NCBI GenBank assembly: GCA_963835065.1
Contig: CAWIEK010000053.1
Location: 508,595-572,594, forward strand
Reading direction: 5' to 3'
DNA from: an uncultured Chthonomonadaceae bacterium
GTDB lineage: Bacteria > Armatimonadota > Chthonomonadetes > Chthonomonadales > Chthonomonadaceae
DNA length: 64,000 nt
Shown: in pieces, positions 40,690-50,687 of the stretch
Layout: every line of letters starts with the position of its first letter
How positions within the stretch are numbered: position 1 is the stretch's first letter
The notes under the pieces: generated by a model
The model's input: the letters and a program-made list of their open reading frames with translations, nothing else
What the model was told of the DNA's origin: nothing
Databases searched by the model: none
Translations under genes and position numbers: made by a program

Positions 40690-43062
40690 TTACGGGATGC
40701 GCAGGATGCGGCCCAGACCGCCGGGAAGGTTCAGGCTGCGCAGGGGATTGCCGACCTGCCCCGTAATCGCGCCCAACGGGTTGCCGAACCCGCCCTTGAT
40801 CTGGTCGAAAGCGTTGCGCATTTCGGGAGGCAGATAATCGGTCAGTTCCGTTCGCAATCCCGTTTGTTTCAGGATGGCAAGGGCGCGGGTCATGTCGGGC
40901 TGCACTTCCTGAGCGTCTTCGCGGTAGCCTGCCGCTTCCGCGTGCTGCGCGTCCTTTTTGCCGCCGTTGGCGTTGGCGGCTTCCTGCTCATGCAGGCTGC
41001 TCAACGCGAGATTGATGGCGGCGATTTCATCCACGTTCGCCGTCGAACCGCGCAGAGCGTTGGCCTGCTCGTACTCGTGTCTGGCGTCTTCGGTTTTGCC
41101 GAGCAGATGCCAGCAGTAGGCGAGTTCGCGGTGCGCCTCATAGTAATCCGGGCGCAGGGCAATGGCGCGTTTCAGGGACGCGGCGGCCTCGTTCAGATTG
41201 CTGTCGCGCCGGTCGCCGGGCTTGTCGTTGGCGGCGTAAGCGCGAGTCACGAAGCCGAGCCAGTAGTGGTTCGCGGCGTCTTTGTCATCCAGAAACGTGG
41301 CTTTGGCGAACGCGGCCAGCGCGTCGTTGCGATTGCGCCCGTTGCTGTCGTTGAGGACAAGCGCCAATCCGCGCGCAATTTGCGCTTCCGAGGAGGCCGC
41401 ATCCGCTCCAACGGCGGCATCCGCCGCTTTCAGGGCTTCCTTCCCGGCTTCCTGCCCGTTGCCGGATGTGTCTGCCGCGCCTTCTTCCCCGGCGGTTTCC
41501 CCCGGCTCTTCTTTTTTGCGCTTTTTGCCGAACAATCCGCCGAGTTTGTCGCCGATGCTTCCGCCGTTTGTTCGCTTTGTTTCCGCTTTTTTGCCCGCCT
41601 TGTTTGCTTCGCCCGCGCCGTCTCCCGCCGCTTGCCCGACCGATGCGACATAAGCGCGACTGAGCAGGCTATACGCATGAGCCGTCGGTTCCGCCGCTTC
41701 CAACCGCTTGCGCAGGGTTTGGATGGCCGCGTTCGCGTCCTTTTGCCCCAACTGCAATTGCGCCAATCGCTCGTAAGCCGGGGCAAACTTCGGCTCCACG
41801 TCCATCACCGTCTGATACCCCGCAATGGCGACGCGGGTTTCGCCATGCGCTTCGGCGTCAAGGGCGCGTCCGTACAATTCCGTCGCGCGGCTGTTGCCTC
41901 CTCCCGCGCCGCCTGCCATTCCCGGCTGCAAATTAACCGTAAGCGGATACGGGTAGCCATCCAGTATATCCAGTGTTTCTTCTCTGGACTGATACCCCGG
42001 AGCCTCGATTTTCACCATGCGCCTGCCCGATGTAACAGCAATATCCGTCTGCGGTCCCGCGCCGATACGGGCGCTGTCTACGGTGATGCGCGCATTTTCA
42101 GGAACGGTGGTGACAATCAACCGGGGCGGGTCGGAAGCAAGCGGGTTAGAAACCATGCGCTTGATTTTCAGCAGCGACACGGGGCCGCGCAGAATACCGG
42201 GCTGAAAATCGGGCGTCTGCTCGTACTCGTTGTCGCCCGACGCCGACGCCTGCTTTGTCCACGCCGCCACTCCCAGGCGCACATACGTCGCCATGCGCCC
42301 CATGTCTACAATCCCCTGCCTGTCGGGAACGTTGCCTTCGGTCAGGGCTTTCAGCACGTTGTAGGTAAACACGCCATGCTGCAATTTGTCGTCTTCATAC
42401 GCGCGCTGCCCAAGCTGGCAGGCGAAAAAAGTGACGGCAGAAGCGGACTGCGCGGCGTTTTCGGGAATCACCTGGATGCTGCGGGCGAGAACGTTGCTCA
42501 GGGCGTTGGCCTTCAAGCCTCTGCCGGGAGTGGGGTCTTCGCGGCAGGCGTCCACAAACACGATGAACTGCGCGGCGGGCAATTTCGCAAGGCTGGCTGC
42601 CAGCGTTTTCAGGTTCACCGCCGACTCTTCCATCGCGGCTTTGCTCAAGCCCTTGACATCGGTGGGCAGGAAATACCCTCTGGCGTCCGGCCCGACCCCC
42701 TTGGCGATCCCGTGCCCGGCAAGGGAAACAATCACGGTATCGCCGGGCTTGACATGGGATTTGAGGAACGTGTCCACGCCGTCCACAATATGCGCGGCGG
42801 TGGCGTCGTCATTGATAAGCAGCTTGACGTGGTCGGGCGGCATATTGCCCAGTTCCGGGTTGGTCAGGGCGTCGCGCAGGCTTTCGGCATCTTTGGCGGG
42901 AAAGCCAAGCGAAGATTTCGACAAAACCTGATAGTGGCTGACCCCGATGAGGAGCGCCCAGGTATCTGCCGCCCAAACCGATTGCACCTGCGTTGTCAGC
43001 AAAAGCGCCACAAGGGCTGCGCCGCCCGTCGCTTTCAAGCCGGTCTTATAAAGCACGTTCAT
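40690..43062 (-). CDS. Secreted caspase-like (peptidase C14) + PEGA + TPR protein
   Basis: WALLIGVSHY, LAGHG, FVDACR dyad, HGVFTY; PEGA-like VTTVPENARITVD; TPRs. Confidence 0.88.
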   Translation of the reverse strand: MNVLYKTGLKATGGAALVALLLTTQVQSVWAADTWALLIGVSHYQVLSKSSLGFPAKDAESLRDALTNPELGNMPPDHVKLLINDDATAAHIVDGVDTFLKSHVKPGDTVIVSLAGHGIAKGVGPDARGYFLPTDVKGLSKAAMEESAVNLKTLAASLAKLPAAQFIVFVDACREDPTPGRGLKANALSNVLARSIQVIPENAAQSASAVTFFACQLGQRAYEDDKLQHGVFTYNVLKALTEGNVPDRQGIVDMGRMATYVRLGVAAWTKQASASGDNEYEQTPDFQPGILRGPVSLLKIKRMVSNPLASDPPRLIVTTVPENARITVDSARIGAGPQTDIAVTSGRRMVKIEAPGYQSREETLDILDGYPYPLTVNLQPGMAGGAGGGNSRATELYGRALDAEAHGETRVAIAGYQTVMDVEPKFAPAYERLAQLQLGQKDANAAIQTLRKRLEAAEPTAHAYSLLSRAYVASVGQAAGDGAGEANKAGKKAETKRTNGGSIGDKLGGLFGKKRKKEEPGETAGEEGAADTSGNGQEAGKEALKAADAAVGADAASSEAQIARGLALVLNDSNGRNRNDALAAFAKATFLDDKDAANHYWLGFVTRAYAANDKPGDRRDSNLNEAAASLKRAIALRPDYYEAHRELAYCWHLLGKTEDARHEYEQANALRGSTANVDEIAAINLALSSLHEQEAANANGGKKDAQHAEAAGYREDAQEVQPDMTRALAILKQTGLRTELTDYLPPEMRNAFDQIKGGFGNPLGAITGQVGNPLRSLNLPGGLGRILRIP

Positions 43063-43240
43063 ACACATCCCATCCTTAAATGTTCTCAAAGTTCAAATGT
43101 TCTTTGCCCGAAAGTTTCGTCACCAAACGCCGCACTTATTGTGGCGTTTTTCCACACTTATCATTATAGCGCAACAAACCAACGCGCCTGAGTGACATTT
43201 TGCACTCAGACGCGGATAATTCAGCACAAATTTTCGATAC

Positions 43241-43285
43241 TTACCAGATGGTCGTCACCTGCGCTGCCTGTATCTTGTGGTCGCA
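43241..43285 (-). pseudogene. C-terminal remnant of a PIN/VapC toxin gene
   Basis: DHKIQAAQVTTIW-stop directly after the antitoxin stop. Confidence 0.55.
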
Positions 43286-43286
43286 A

Positions 43287-43566
43287 TTAAATATCCTCTC
43301 GTGGAAAGTTGCCCCACATTTCGCGCCGCGCTTCGTGTATCTCCTCGGCAGTGATTGCCTTGTCAACGAGGTGCTTGCCACAATCCCTTCCAACGCTTTC
43401 TTGTGCTGTTGGGCAGGACGCGCAAATGCAGGAACTCGACAAAATCGCGTACTTCCTGCTGCTTGTCGGGCGGCAATTGCCGCAGTTTCGCAACAACCGC
43501 TTCTTCTAATGTTAGAACGTCTGTGGCTGTCTGCGGGGATGATCCTGCAATGGTTTCTGTACTCAT
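43287..43566 (-). CDS. DUF2281-like antitoxin, frameshifted near 43370
   Basis: KLRQLPPDKQQEVRDFVEFL...WKGLW / ITAEEIHEARREMWGNFPREDI. Confidence 0.7.
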
Positions 43567-43699
43567 GTATTCCTCCGTCGGTTTTCAGTGCGTTTTCCTG
43601 AGAATTCATCCACATCAATGCGTAAAATCTCCAGTCCCTGAAGAACTTTAGAAAAATCTTCCGGTGTAATTGCCGTCTTCTTGGTTCTTGTCGCCATAC

Positions 43700-44254
43700 C
43701 TAGCCCCTCACCATTTCCTCGTGCCACACATCAGGATTGCGTTCTCGCATAGGAACGCGGGTATAGTCCTGCTCCTGCGCAAAGATCGAAAACACTTGTT
43801 CTTCCTTCCAGTGATAGGCTGGCGCGTGGTTAAATTCCACCGAAGCGGGTTGCGCTTCAATGATTGCGCCAAATTCATGCCCGGCACTCAGCGCAGTGGC
43901 TCCCGACATCAGCAGGGTTTGTACCAGTGAGTTCAGGCTGACGCCCTGTTCTTCCGCGAGCCGATGCAGTTGCGCATGCAGCACCTTCGCCACGCGCACG
44001 TTGAATTTGCCGCTGAACTCGTCCCACTCTTTCGGAACTTCCGGCGCAGGCAAAGTCTGCCCCAGGTCTTCAATCGCTGCCAGAAAGACAGGAACGGCTT
44101 CCATCAAATCGTTCACAGCTTCCTGCGCCGTTGCGCCATACCCCACGACGCCGCGCACAAGCTGCGGAAACAGCGCCTCAAAGCCGCCTCCATCTTCTTT
44201 GGAAAGCGGTTTCACTTGCATGGCATAATTTTCAATCACGTTCGCGTTAGTCAT
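43700..44254 (-). CDS. hicB: HicB family antitoxin
   Basis: EDGGGFEALFPQL...YGATAQEA, FSGKFNVRV...LH...AEEQGVSLNSLV. Confidence 0.88.
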   Translation of the reverse strand: MTNANVIENYAMQVKPLSKEDGGGFEALFPQLVRGVVGYGATAQEAVNDLMEAVPVFLAAIEDLGQTLPAPEVPKEWDEFSGKFNVRVAKVLHAQLHRLAEEQGVSLNSLVQTLLMSGATALSAGHEFGAIIEAQPASVEFNHAPAYHWKEEQVFSIFAQEQDYTRVPMRERNPDVWHEEMVRG

Positions 44255-44537
44255 CTTCGTCTTTCTCTTGAATAATTTTCGCAGCTTTCAAAATGTCCTT
44301 AACAGCTTTTGGGTGAGTTTTCCCCTGATCGCCAAAGGCATGGCTGCTTACCGTAATTGTGCCGTTTGGGAAGAGATCAGAACCCACCAGCGCAGGATGG
44401 CTGGCGACCAGATGTTTTGAACCTTCTCGAACATCCATGCCAAGCCGCTTCATTACGGCAATGGCATCTTTAACATCAACGGCGTCCGTAGGTGGCTGCT
44501 GCCGCCACTTGCGAAGTAACTTTTCTGCGTTATCCAT
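44247..44537 (-). CDS. HicA-like toxin
   Basis: EKLLRKW, REGSKH, ITVSSH; overlaps the hicB start. Confidence 0.7.
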   Translation of the reverse strand: MDNAEKLLRKWRQQPPTDAVDVKDAIAVMKRLGMDVREGSKHLVASHPALVGSDLFPNGTITVSSHAFGDQGKTHPKAVKDILKAAKIIQEKDEDD

Positions 44538-44546
44538 CGTTCTCTT

Positions 44547-44575
44547 ATAGTACCATATATAGTGGCATCTGTCAA
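44547..44575 (-). promoter_or_regulatory. Sigma70 promoter of the hicAB-like operon
   Basis: TTGACA-17 nt-TACTAT, 9 nt upstream of ATG 44537. Confidence 0.75.
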
Positions 44576-44711
44576 GAGCAAACTTTAGAGAAAGTTCACT
44601 CAATGTTTTAGAGCTACGCTGCTTGTCTGAGAAGCGGAAAGACAAAGATGTAAAAGCAACCCATTGTGAACATAAATGCGTAGGCTGCTTTTACAACTGC
44701 CGACAGGCTGA

Positions 44712-45848
44712 TTATTGCGGCAATTTGATGACAGAGCGGATCACGTTGCCGGTTTCCATTTCGTGGAAGGCGGCTTCCACGTCGCCAAGTCCGATTATGT
44801 TTGTCACCATTTCGTCGAGTTTGAGTTGGCCTTGCAGGTACAATTGCGCCAGCAGCGGAAAGTCGTGCGAGGGAAGGGTGTCGCCCGCGTGGCAGACAGC
44901 AAGGCTGGCTTTGTTCCAGTATACGCCCGTGTCAATGTTGCCGACGTTGAGCGTGACTTCATCGGTGGGGCCGGGGAAGCCGATGTTGACGGCTGTGCCG
45001 CCGTAGTTCACCATGCGGACGCACTGCTCCACGCACTTCATCAGGCCGGTGGCTTCATACGCGAAATCCACGCCGCCCTCGTAACCCGGCCACGGATCGG
45101 TGACAAGGCCGCGCACGGCAGCGACGGGATCACTCTCTCGCGCATCTACCACATGGGTCGCGCCATAATCTTTGGCCCATTGCAGTTTGACCGGGTTCAC
45201 GTCAACCGCGATAATGGTTTTGGCGTGAGCCAGTTTCGCGCCCTGTATCACGCTCAGGCCGACCCCGCCGCAGCCGACAACGGCCACGCTCGCGCCCGGC
45301 CAAACATGCGTGGTGTTCAGGGTCGCGCCAACCCCCGTAATCACGCCGCAGGCGATCAGGCAGGCTTTTTCGAGCGGCATTTCTTTGGGCATTTTCACCG
45401 CCGCCTTGCCATGCACAACCGTATGGGTCGAGAACGTGCCGCAGCGCAGAACCTGCGAACACAGCGCCCCATCCCGCTTGCGATGGATACGCTGTTTGGG
45501 GCGCAGGGCGGCGTAGCAATGGCGCGGGTCGCCCCGCCGACACGCGGGACACTGTTCGCACGGCGCGCGGTACGCAATTACAACCGGATCGCCCGCCTGC
45601 AAATGCGTCACGCCCTCGCCCACCTGCTCCACGTACCCCGCGCCCTCGTGCCCCAGCACAATCGGGAACGGCATCCCGCTCCCCTTCTGGTTCTTGATGG
45701 TCAAATCCGTGTGGCAAACGCCGCTCGCCACCACGCGAATCAGCACTTCCCCCGGCCCCGGCGCATCCACCGTAATGTCTTCCAGCATGGCGGGCGTTCC
45801 CGCCTCGTTCAGCAATACCGCCTGTCCTTCAATTACCGGCATGTCCAA
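44712..45848 (-). CDS. Zn-dependent alcohol dehydrogenase (class III / thiol-dependent formaldehyde dehydrogenase-like)
   Basis: GVCHTD, LGHEGAG, CEQCPAC...C, GCGGVG. Confidence 0.92.
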   Translation of the reverse strand: MDMPVIEGQAVLLNEAGTPAMLEDITVDAPGPGEVLIRVVASGVCHTDLTIKNQKGSGMPFPIVLGHEGAGYVEQVGEGVTHLQAGDPVVIAYRAPCEQCPACRRGDPRHCYAALRPKQRIHRKRDGALCSQVLRCGTFSTHTVVHGKAAVKMPKEMPLEKACLIACGVITGVGATLNTTHVWPGASVAVVGCGGVGLSVIQGAKLAHAKTIIAVDVNPVKLQWAKDYGATHVVDARESDPVAAVRGLVTDPWPGYEGGVDFAYEATGLMKCVEQCVRMVNYGGTAVNIGFPGPTDEVTLNVGNIDTGVYWNKASLAVCHAGDTLPSHDFPLLAQLYLQGQLKLDEMVTNIIGLGDVEAAFHEMETGNVIRSVIKLPQ

Positions 45849-45869
45849 ATCTCCTTGTTACAAATTATA

Positions 45870-46160
45870 AACCACGGAGAACACGGAGGACACAGAGAGG
45901 AAGAAAAGGAGAAAAGGAGAAAAGGAGAAAAGGAGATTGGGAACCGCGAAACACACGAAATAAACGAAAAGAGAACAAAAAGACAAAAGAAAATAAAGGC
46001 AAATATTCTGCGAAGTGGCTGCTCTTCTTTGCCTTCTTTGCCTCTTTGCGGTTCTTTGTATTTTCTTTTTCGTTTTGGTTCGTATGTTTCGCGGTTGTCC
46101 GTCTCCTCTTCTTCTTTTCTCCTTTTCTTCCCCTCCGTGTCCTCCGTGTTCTCCGTGGTT
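45870..46160. repeat. Nested palindromic element built from 9-mer-period arms
   Basis: Outer perfect 24-bp IR AACCACGGAGAACACGGAGGACAC; inner 18-bp IR 45942-45959 / 46079-46096; (GGAGAAAA)n between them. Confidence 0.92.
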
Positions 46161-46263
46161 CACTCCGCATTTTCATTCGTGGTAAGAGGGCGTATTTCCT
46201 CCGTTTTCTAATAATCGGGTATATTCTTGCGGAACAGTGAAAATACAAGTGACAGGAGTGGGC

Positions 46264-46869
46264 ATGGATTGGTATGAAGCAGAGGTTCGGGCGATGGAAA
46301 CAGCGCGGCAGGCCACGCCGCCACAAACGGGAGTAGTAGTGTTTTACGGCAGTTCGTCTATTCGGCTGTGGAGCAGTTTGCGCGAGGATTTTCCGGGCGT
46401 GGATGTGGTCAATGCCGGGTTCGGCGGCTCTACGATGGCCGCCTGCGCGGTCTATTTTGAGCGTTTGGTCGTTCCCTTTCAGCCTCGTTCCCTCGTGGTG
46501 TATGCGGGCGACAACGATCTGGGCGACGGCCAGCACCCCGAAGCAGTGTTGGCTTCGTTTCGCAGCCTGCTGCAAAAGATGCAAGCATTAGGGCCTGTTC
46601 CGTTTGCCTTTATTTCCATCAAGCCCAGCCCCGCCCGCTGGCATCTGCTTAATTTGATACAGCAAACGAACGCTCTGATACGTCAGGAAATGACATCACG
46701 ACCTCACAGTTATTATGTAGACGTGTCGCCCGCCATGCTGAACGAAAAAGGTGAGCCGCGTCACGAACTGTACCAGGAGGACGGCCTGCACCTGAGCGCG
46801 ACAGGTTATCAAGTATGGACGCAAATTTTGCTGACCTACCGAGCCGAACTTTTCGATGTCGAAGCATAG
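46264..46869 (+). CDS. GDSL/SGNH lipase-esterase
   Basis: FYGSSS, NAGFGGS, YAGDND, DGLH. Confidence 0.9.
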   Translation: MDWYEAEVRAMETARQATPPQTGVVVFYGSSSIRLWSSLREDFPGVDVVNAGFGGSTMAACAVYFERLVVPFQPRSLVVYAGDNDLGDGQHPEAVLASFRSLLQKMQALGPVPFAFISIKPSPARWHLLNLIQQTNALIRQEMTSRPHSYYVDVSPAMLNEKGEPRHELYQEDGLHLSATGYQVWTQILLTYRAELFDVEA

Positions 46870-47012
46870 AAGAATAGAAGACAAAAGACAGAAGACAGAA
46901 GCAGGGGAAGACCGTAGACGGAAGGAATATAATCTACAATCCACAATCGGCAATCGAAAATCGAAAATCTCCACACCTAACACCTTAAAACCTTATAACC
47001 CTAAAACCCTAC
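46870..47012 (+). repeat. Multi-block heptamer/octamer array
   Basis: (AAGACAG)n, (AATCNRM)n, (ACCCTAAA-like)n ending just before the next ATG. Confidence 0.85.
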
Positions 47013-47015
47013 CCC

Positions 47016-47744
47016 ATGAACAGAGAGTATCACAAATGGTTTAGCCCGCATGTTGCGCGGGAGATGGAACTGCTGGTGTTCGGCCATGCGGGGGCGCGGA
47101 CGCTGGTGTTTCCGACCCGCAACGGGCGTTTCTTCGATTATGAGAACTGGGGCATGGTCAACGCGCTGCGGGGCAAAATCAATGCGGGCTTTTTACAGCT
47201 TTTTTGCGTGGACAGCGTGGACGCGGAGGGGCTGTACAACGAGACGCGCCCGCCGCAGGATCGCGCCGGCCTGCACGTTCAGTACGAAAACTACCTTCTC
47301 CATGAGGCGCTGCCCTTTGCCGAATGGAAAAATCCCACGCCGTTCACCATCAGTCACGGATGCAGTCTGGGCGCGTACCATGCGGTCAACATCGCCCTGC
47401 GGCATCCGCAGCGATTTCACAAAATCGTCGCCCTGAGCGGCAGGTACGACCTGACACAGCCCGTCGGCAGTTTTCGCGGCCTGTTCGACGATTATTACGA
47501 CGACACTATCTACTATCACACCCCCAACCATTTTCTCGCGCAGCTCACCGACCCGACTCTGCTCGGCCTGATGCGGCGCATGGAAATCACGCTGGCTGTC
47601 GGGCAGGAAGACGCCTTTCTGGACAATAACCGCCAGTTCAGCGACGTGCTGAGGGACAAAGAAATTCCCCACAATTTCTACATATGGGATGGCGAAGCCC
47701 ACCGCCCCCGCTCCTGGCGCCACATGGTTGATCTGTATCTTTAG
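47016..47744 (+). CDS. Putative esterase, paralog of 14073-14783
   Basis: REYHKW...MELLVFG...FCVDSVD...GCSLGAYH. Confidence 0.85.
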   Translation: MNREYHKWFSPHVAREMELLVFGHAGARTLVFPTRNGRFFDYENWGMVNALRGKINAGFLQLFCVDSVDAEGLYNETRPPQDRAGLHVQYENYLLHEALPFAEWKNPTPFTISHGCSLGAYHAVNIALRHPQRFHKIVALSGRYDLTQPVGSFRGLFDDYYDDTIYYHTPNHFLAQLTDPTLLGLMRRMEITLAVGQEDAFLDNNRQFSDVLRDKEIPHNFYIWDGEAHRPRSWRHMVDLYL

Positions 47745-47784
47745 AAACGGCGACGGGTTATAACCTGCTTCCTCTTTAAAGGAC

Positions 47785-48732
47785 GGGTGCGTTTCAAAAT
47801 TAAGGCACGTCAAGCGGACATAGCGCAGTAAGGTCTCAGATCGGGCGGACAGGTCGAGAGTTGGGCTGCGCGCAAGGCCACAATCGCCTCGGCACTCTCC
47901 TGCCGCCAGTGCATTCCCACTTGATCCAGTCGCTGCGCGACGACATGTTTGCAGGTGGCTTCCACCACGCCGCTGCCAATGTGGTAGCCCGCTTCCAGAA
48001 ACGTTTTGTAGCGCATGCGGTGCGCGTTGTTATAGAAGTACATGTAGGTACTCTGGCGCAACTGCTTCTTGACCGCACTTGTGGGTTTCCAGGCTTGCAG
48101 GTCGGCGAGTACCTTGCCCAGTTGGTCGCTTTTGAGTTCTTCCTGACGGGCATGCCGCCAGTCGTGGCCTTCTTGGGTGTCTTTGCCAAAACGCGCTTCG
48201 GCCACGTGTGCCAGATGTTCACTGGCATGGAAGAAGTCCACGATCTGCACGGCTCCTGTGAACTGCTTGGCGGCTATCTGCCAGATCCAGGGCGCTCCGT
48301 CGCCAATCACCACCACTTCCTGGGCGGTGTGGTGGCCGTGCTGGTGGGCCAGGGCGCCGAGCAAGGAGCCAAAAGCGTCTACTTTGTCCAGTGTGGCGAT
48401 GTAGGCGTGGGGGCGGACGCGGCTATCCTTGCCCGCGTTGTCTTGACAGGCTTCATACACCACGCCGCTCTTGCATTCGCCATAGCGACAGGTGAGGTCG
48501 CCTAAGCTTTTGTCGTGCTTGTACGCCTCGCGCAGAGGAACAAAGACACCATCCATGCCCACATACAGCCGCTTGGGACGCTTGTTGGCAGGAGCGGGCA
48601 ACGTATTGGCCTGCTGCTGCTGCGCTTGCTGCTGCTCGGAAGCGCGCAAGGCCGTGCCGATGGTGACACTCAGCCGTTCCACGCTGGCCGGGGAAAGCGG
48701 CACTTGCGTCAACATCTGCAAGGTCGTGGTAT
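47785..48732 (-). mobile_element. ISKra4-family (UPF0236) element, 5'-truncated transposase (ORF 47810-48721) with one candidate terminal IR
   Basis: YVGMDG, IGDGAPWIW, IVDFFHASEHL, IGSGVVEATCK; end sequence GGGTGCGTTTCAAAATT at 47785. Confidence 0.85.
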
Positions 48733-48883
48733 GACAAAATTAGCGAGCCGAAAGTTGCGTGAGCAGCAGAAAATTATAAAAATATTAGCCATAGTATTTC
48801 AATACCTTCGCCAAAATTGCGAGACTTGGAAATTACGATTTTTCGCTCATTTCGAGCAGTGCCGCAAATATCAATAACTCTGA

Positions 48884-49246
48884 TTAGATGGATTCTTTCA
48901 TTAACCGCGCACCGATCCCATGCCCGATACTTTCGGGAAGAACATACAAGCGCATCAGTTCCATCGGTTTTGTACCGGTCACGCTGGCGTCCGGGGCACC
49001 GCTTTTCAATTTTGCATATCCAAGGGGCTTGCCAGATAGTTCAGCAATCAAGAATACAGCGAGCGGATCAGCGATTTCCTGCGCTAATTTCCCCTCGGAA
49101 AAATTTTCCGTCAGATACGCCTCCATATCTTCGGGCGTGTTGTCTTGTGCAAAAGTGACCTGAAAGGTCGTTGCACCCAACTCTGCTAAAAGCGAACTAT
49201 CTTTGTGCGAAGCAGTACGCACTATCACACTCTCTTGATTTTCCAT
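48884..49246 (-). pseudogene. GNAT N-acetyltransferase, apparently C-terminally truncated
   Basis: TFQVTFAQDNTPEDMEAYL, LMRLYVLPESIGHGIGARLM; stops before the usual final strands. Confidence 0.7.
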
Positions 49247-49490
49247 ATAAGGTATATTACCCCGCAGGCTACTCCTGCACCGTCAGAGATCAGATAAAGC
49301 GCCCGGACGCGACCCATAGGCAGCACGATGTTGTTCACAGGGTAGCAGCGAGAATCAACAGGAATAAAGTCGTATCGCGTCGAAGATTATTTTTAAGCAT
49401 TCTTCGTTCATAATGGATAGGGACTCTCATGAAAATAATCGTGTCAGTTCGCGAAGTGAAATTCGTTACCCATGACATGGAGTCCTCTCA

Positions 49491-50687
49491 ATGTTCCGAT
49501 CCAATCCTGTTTTTCGTCTGATAGCGCCGATATGCTGTGCGTTTCTGTTGGCGCTGTTACAGACCTCGGCTCCGGCACAAAATGACCGAAAAGCACAGCG
49601 GACGGCAATGAGCGCGGATGCCTATAACTATGTTCTGGGTACGCAGGCCATAGGAGGAAGCTATCAGTTCACAGCCTCCCCGCCCCTGGTGGAAGCGGCG
49701 CGCGCTATTCTCGAAATGGGGTCGAATACCATTAAGTTTGCGCTTGCGCCCGATAAAAGCGACAACATTAAGCCCAAAAGCCTGACGGAAACCGCTCAGA
49801 ACGTTGGCTCGGTGAAAACTACTCTGGAGATGCCCTTTTCCTACTATCTGCTGTGGGTGTATCCGATCTCCACCGAAGCCAATCGTTTCCTCCCGGCCTC
49901 GCTCAACAGCGAATATGCGGAGATGTATGACCTGACCTGTTATCTGCTGAAAACCTATGCCGGAACGGGAAAGCGTTTTTATCTGGGCAATTGGGAGGGA
50001 GACTGGCACCTGACACATACGGACCCGAATTACGTTCCGACGGACGCGGAGGTTCAGAATATGATCGCATGGGTCAATAGTCGGCAGAAGGCCGTAGACG
50101 ATGCGAAACGGGCCACCCCACACAGGGCCGTAGAGGTGTACTATTATCTGGAAGTGAACCGCGTCGTAGATGCAATGCAGGGGAAAACTCGCCTGACAAA
50201 TGCCGTGCTGCCGAAAACAAACGTGGATTATGTTTCCTACTCCTCCTATGACGCGCTCAACGGCGACATCGCTATTAATCTGCCCAAGTCACTGGTTTAT
50301 ATCGAGGCGCATCTGCCGCGCAAATCCGGCATTTCGGGCAAGCGGGTCTTTATCGGGGAATACGGCTTTGCTGCTCTGGGAAGTTCGCCTGGGGAGCAGG
50401 CAGAGCGCTCGCGTCAGGTGATGCGCGCAGGGCTGAAATGGGGATGTCCGTTCATACTCTATTGGGAGTTGTTCAATAATGAAGTCACAGCAGACGGCAA
50501 ACAAAAAGGCTTCTGGCTGATAGACGATCATAATGAAAAGCAGCCTATCTATGACACACACCAGCGATTTTACCGGCAAGCGAATCAGTATGTCGCGGAT
50601 TTTCAAAAAAGTCGTCATCGGAAACCGACGCGGGAGGAGTTTCGCGCGCAGGCAGTCGCTTTGCTGGATTTGCCCCCGGTTCCCTGA
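49491..50687 (+). CDS. Secreted hypothetical protein, possible GH-A-like TIM barrel
   Basis: Signal peptide; LGNWEGDW, DYVSYSSYD, VFIGEYG, LYWE. Confidence 0.6.
   Translation: MFRSNPVFRLIAPICCAFLLALLQTSAPAQNDRKAQRTAMSADAYNYVLGTQAIGGSYQFTASPPLVEAARAILEMGSNTIKFALAPDKSDNIKPKSLTETAQNVGSVKTTLEMPFSYYLLWVYPISTEANRFLPASLNSEYAEMYDLTCYLLKTYAGTGKRFYLGNWEGDWHLTHTDPNYVPTDAEVQNMIAWVNSRQKAVDDAKRATPHRAVEVYYYLEVNRVVDAMQGKTRLTNAVLPKTNVDYVSYSSYDALNGDIAINLPKSLVYIEAHLPRKSGISGKRVFIGEYGFAALGSSPGEQAERSRQVMRAGLKWGCPFILYWELFNNEVTADGKQKGFWLIDDHNEKQPIYDTHQRFYRQANQYVADFQKSRHRKPTREEFRAQAVALLDLPPVP

Noticed and set aside
40864..43191. 775-aa plus-strand ORF, and similar long antisense ORFs (2130-3173, 17541-18593, 29668-30951, 44715-46211)
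   Set aside because: Shadow frames opposite well-supported genes in GC-rich DNA, with no motifs
45858..46240. Short ORFs such as MNHGEHGGHGG and MRFFVFSFSF
   Set aside because: Translations of the nested palindromic repeat
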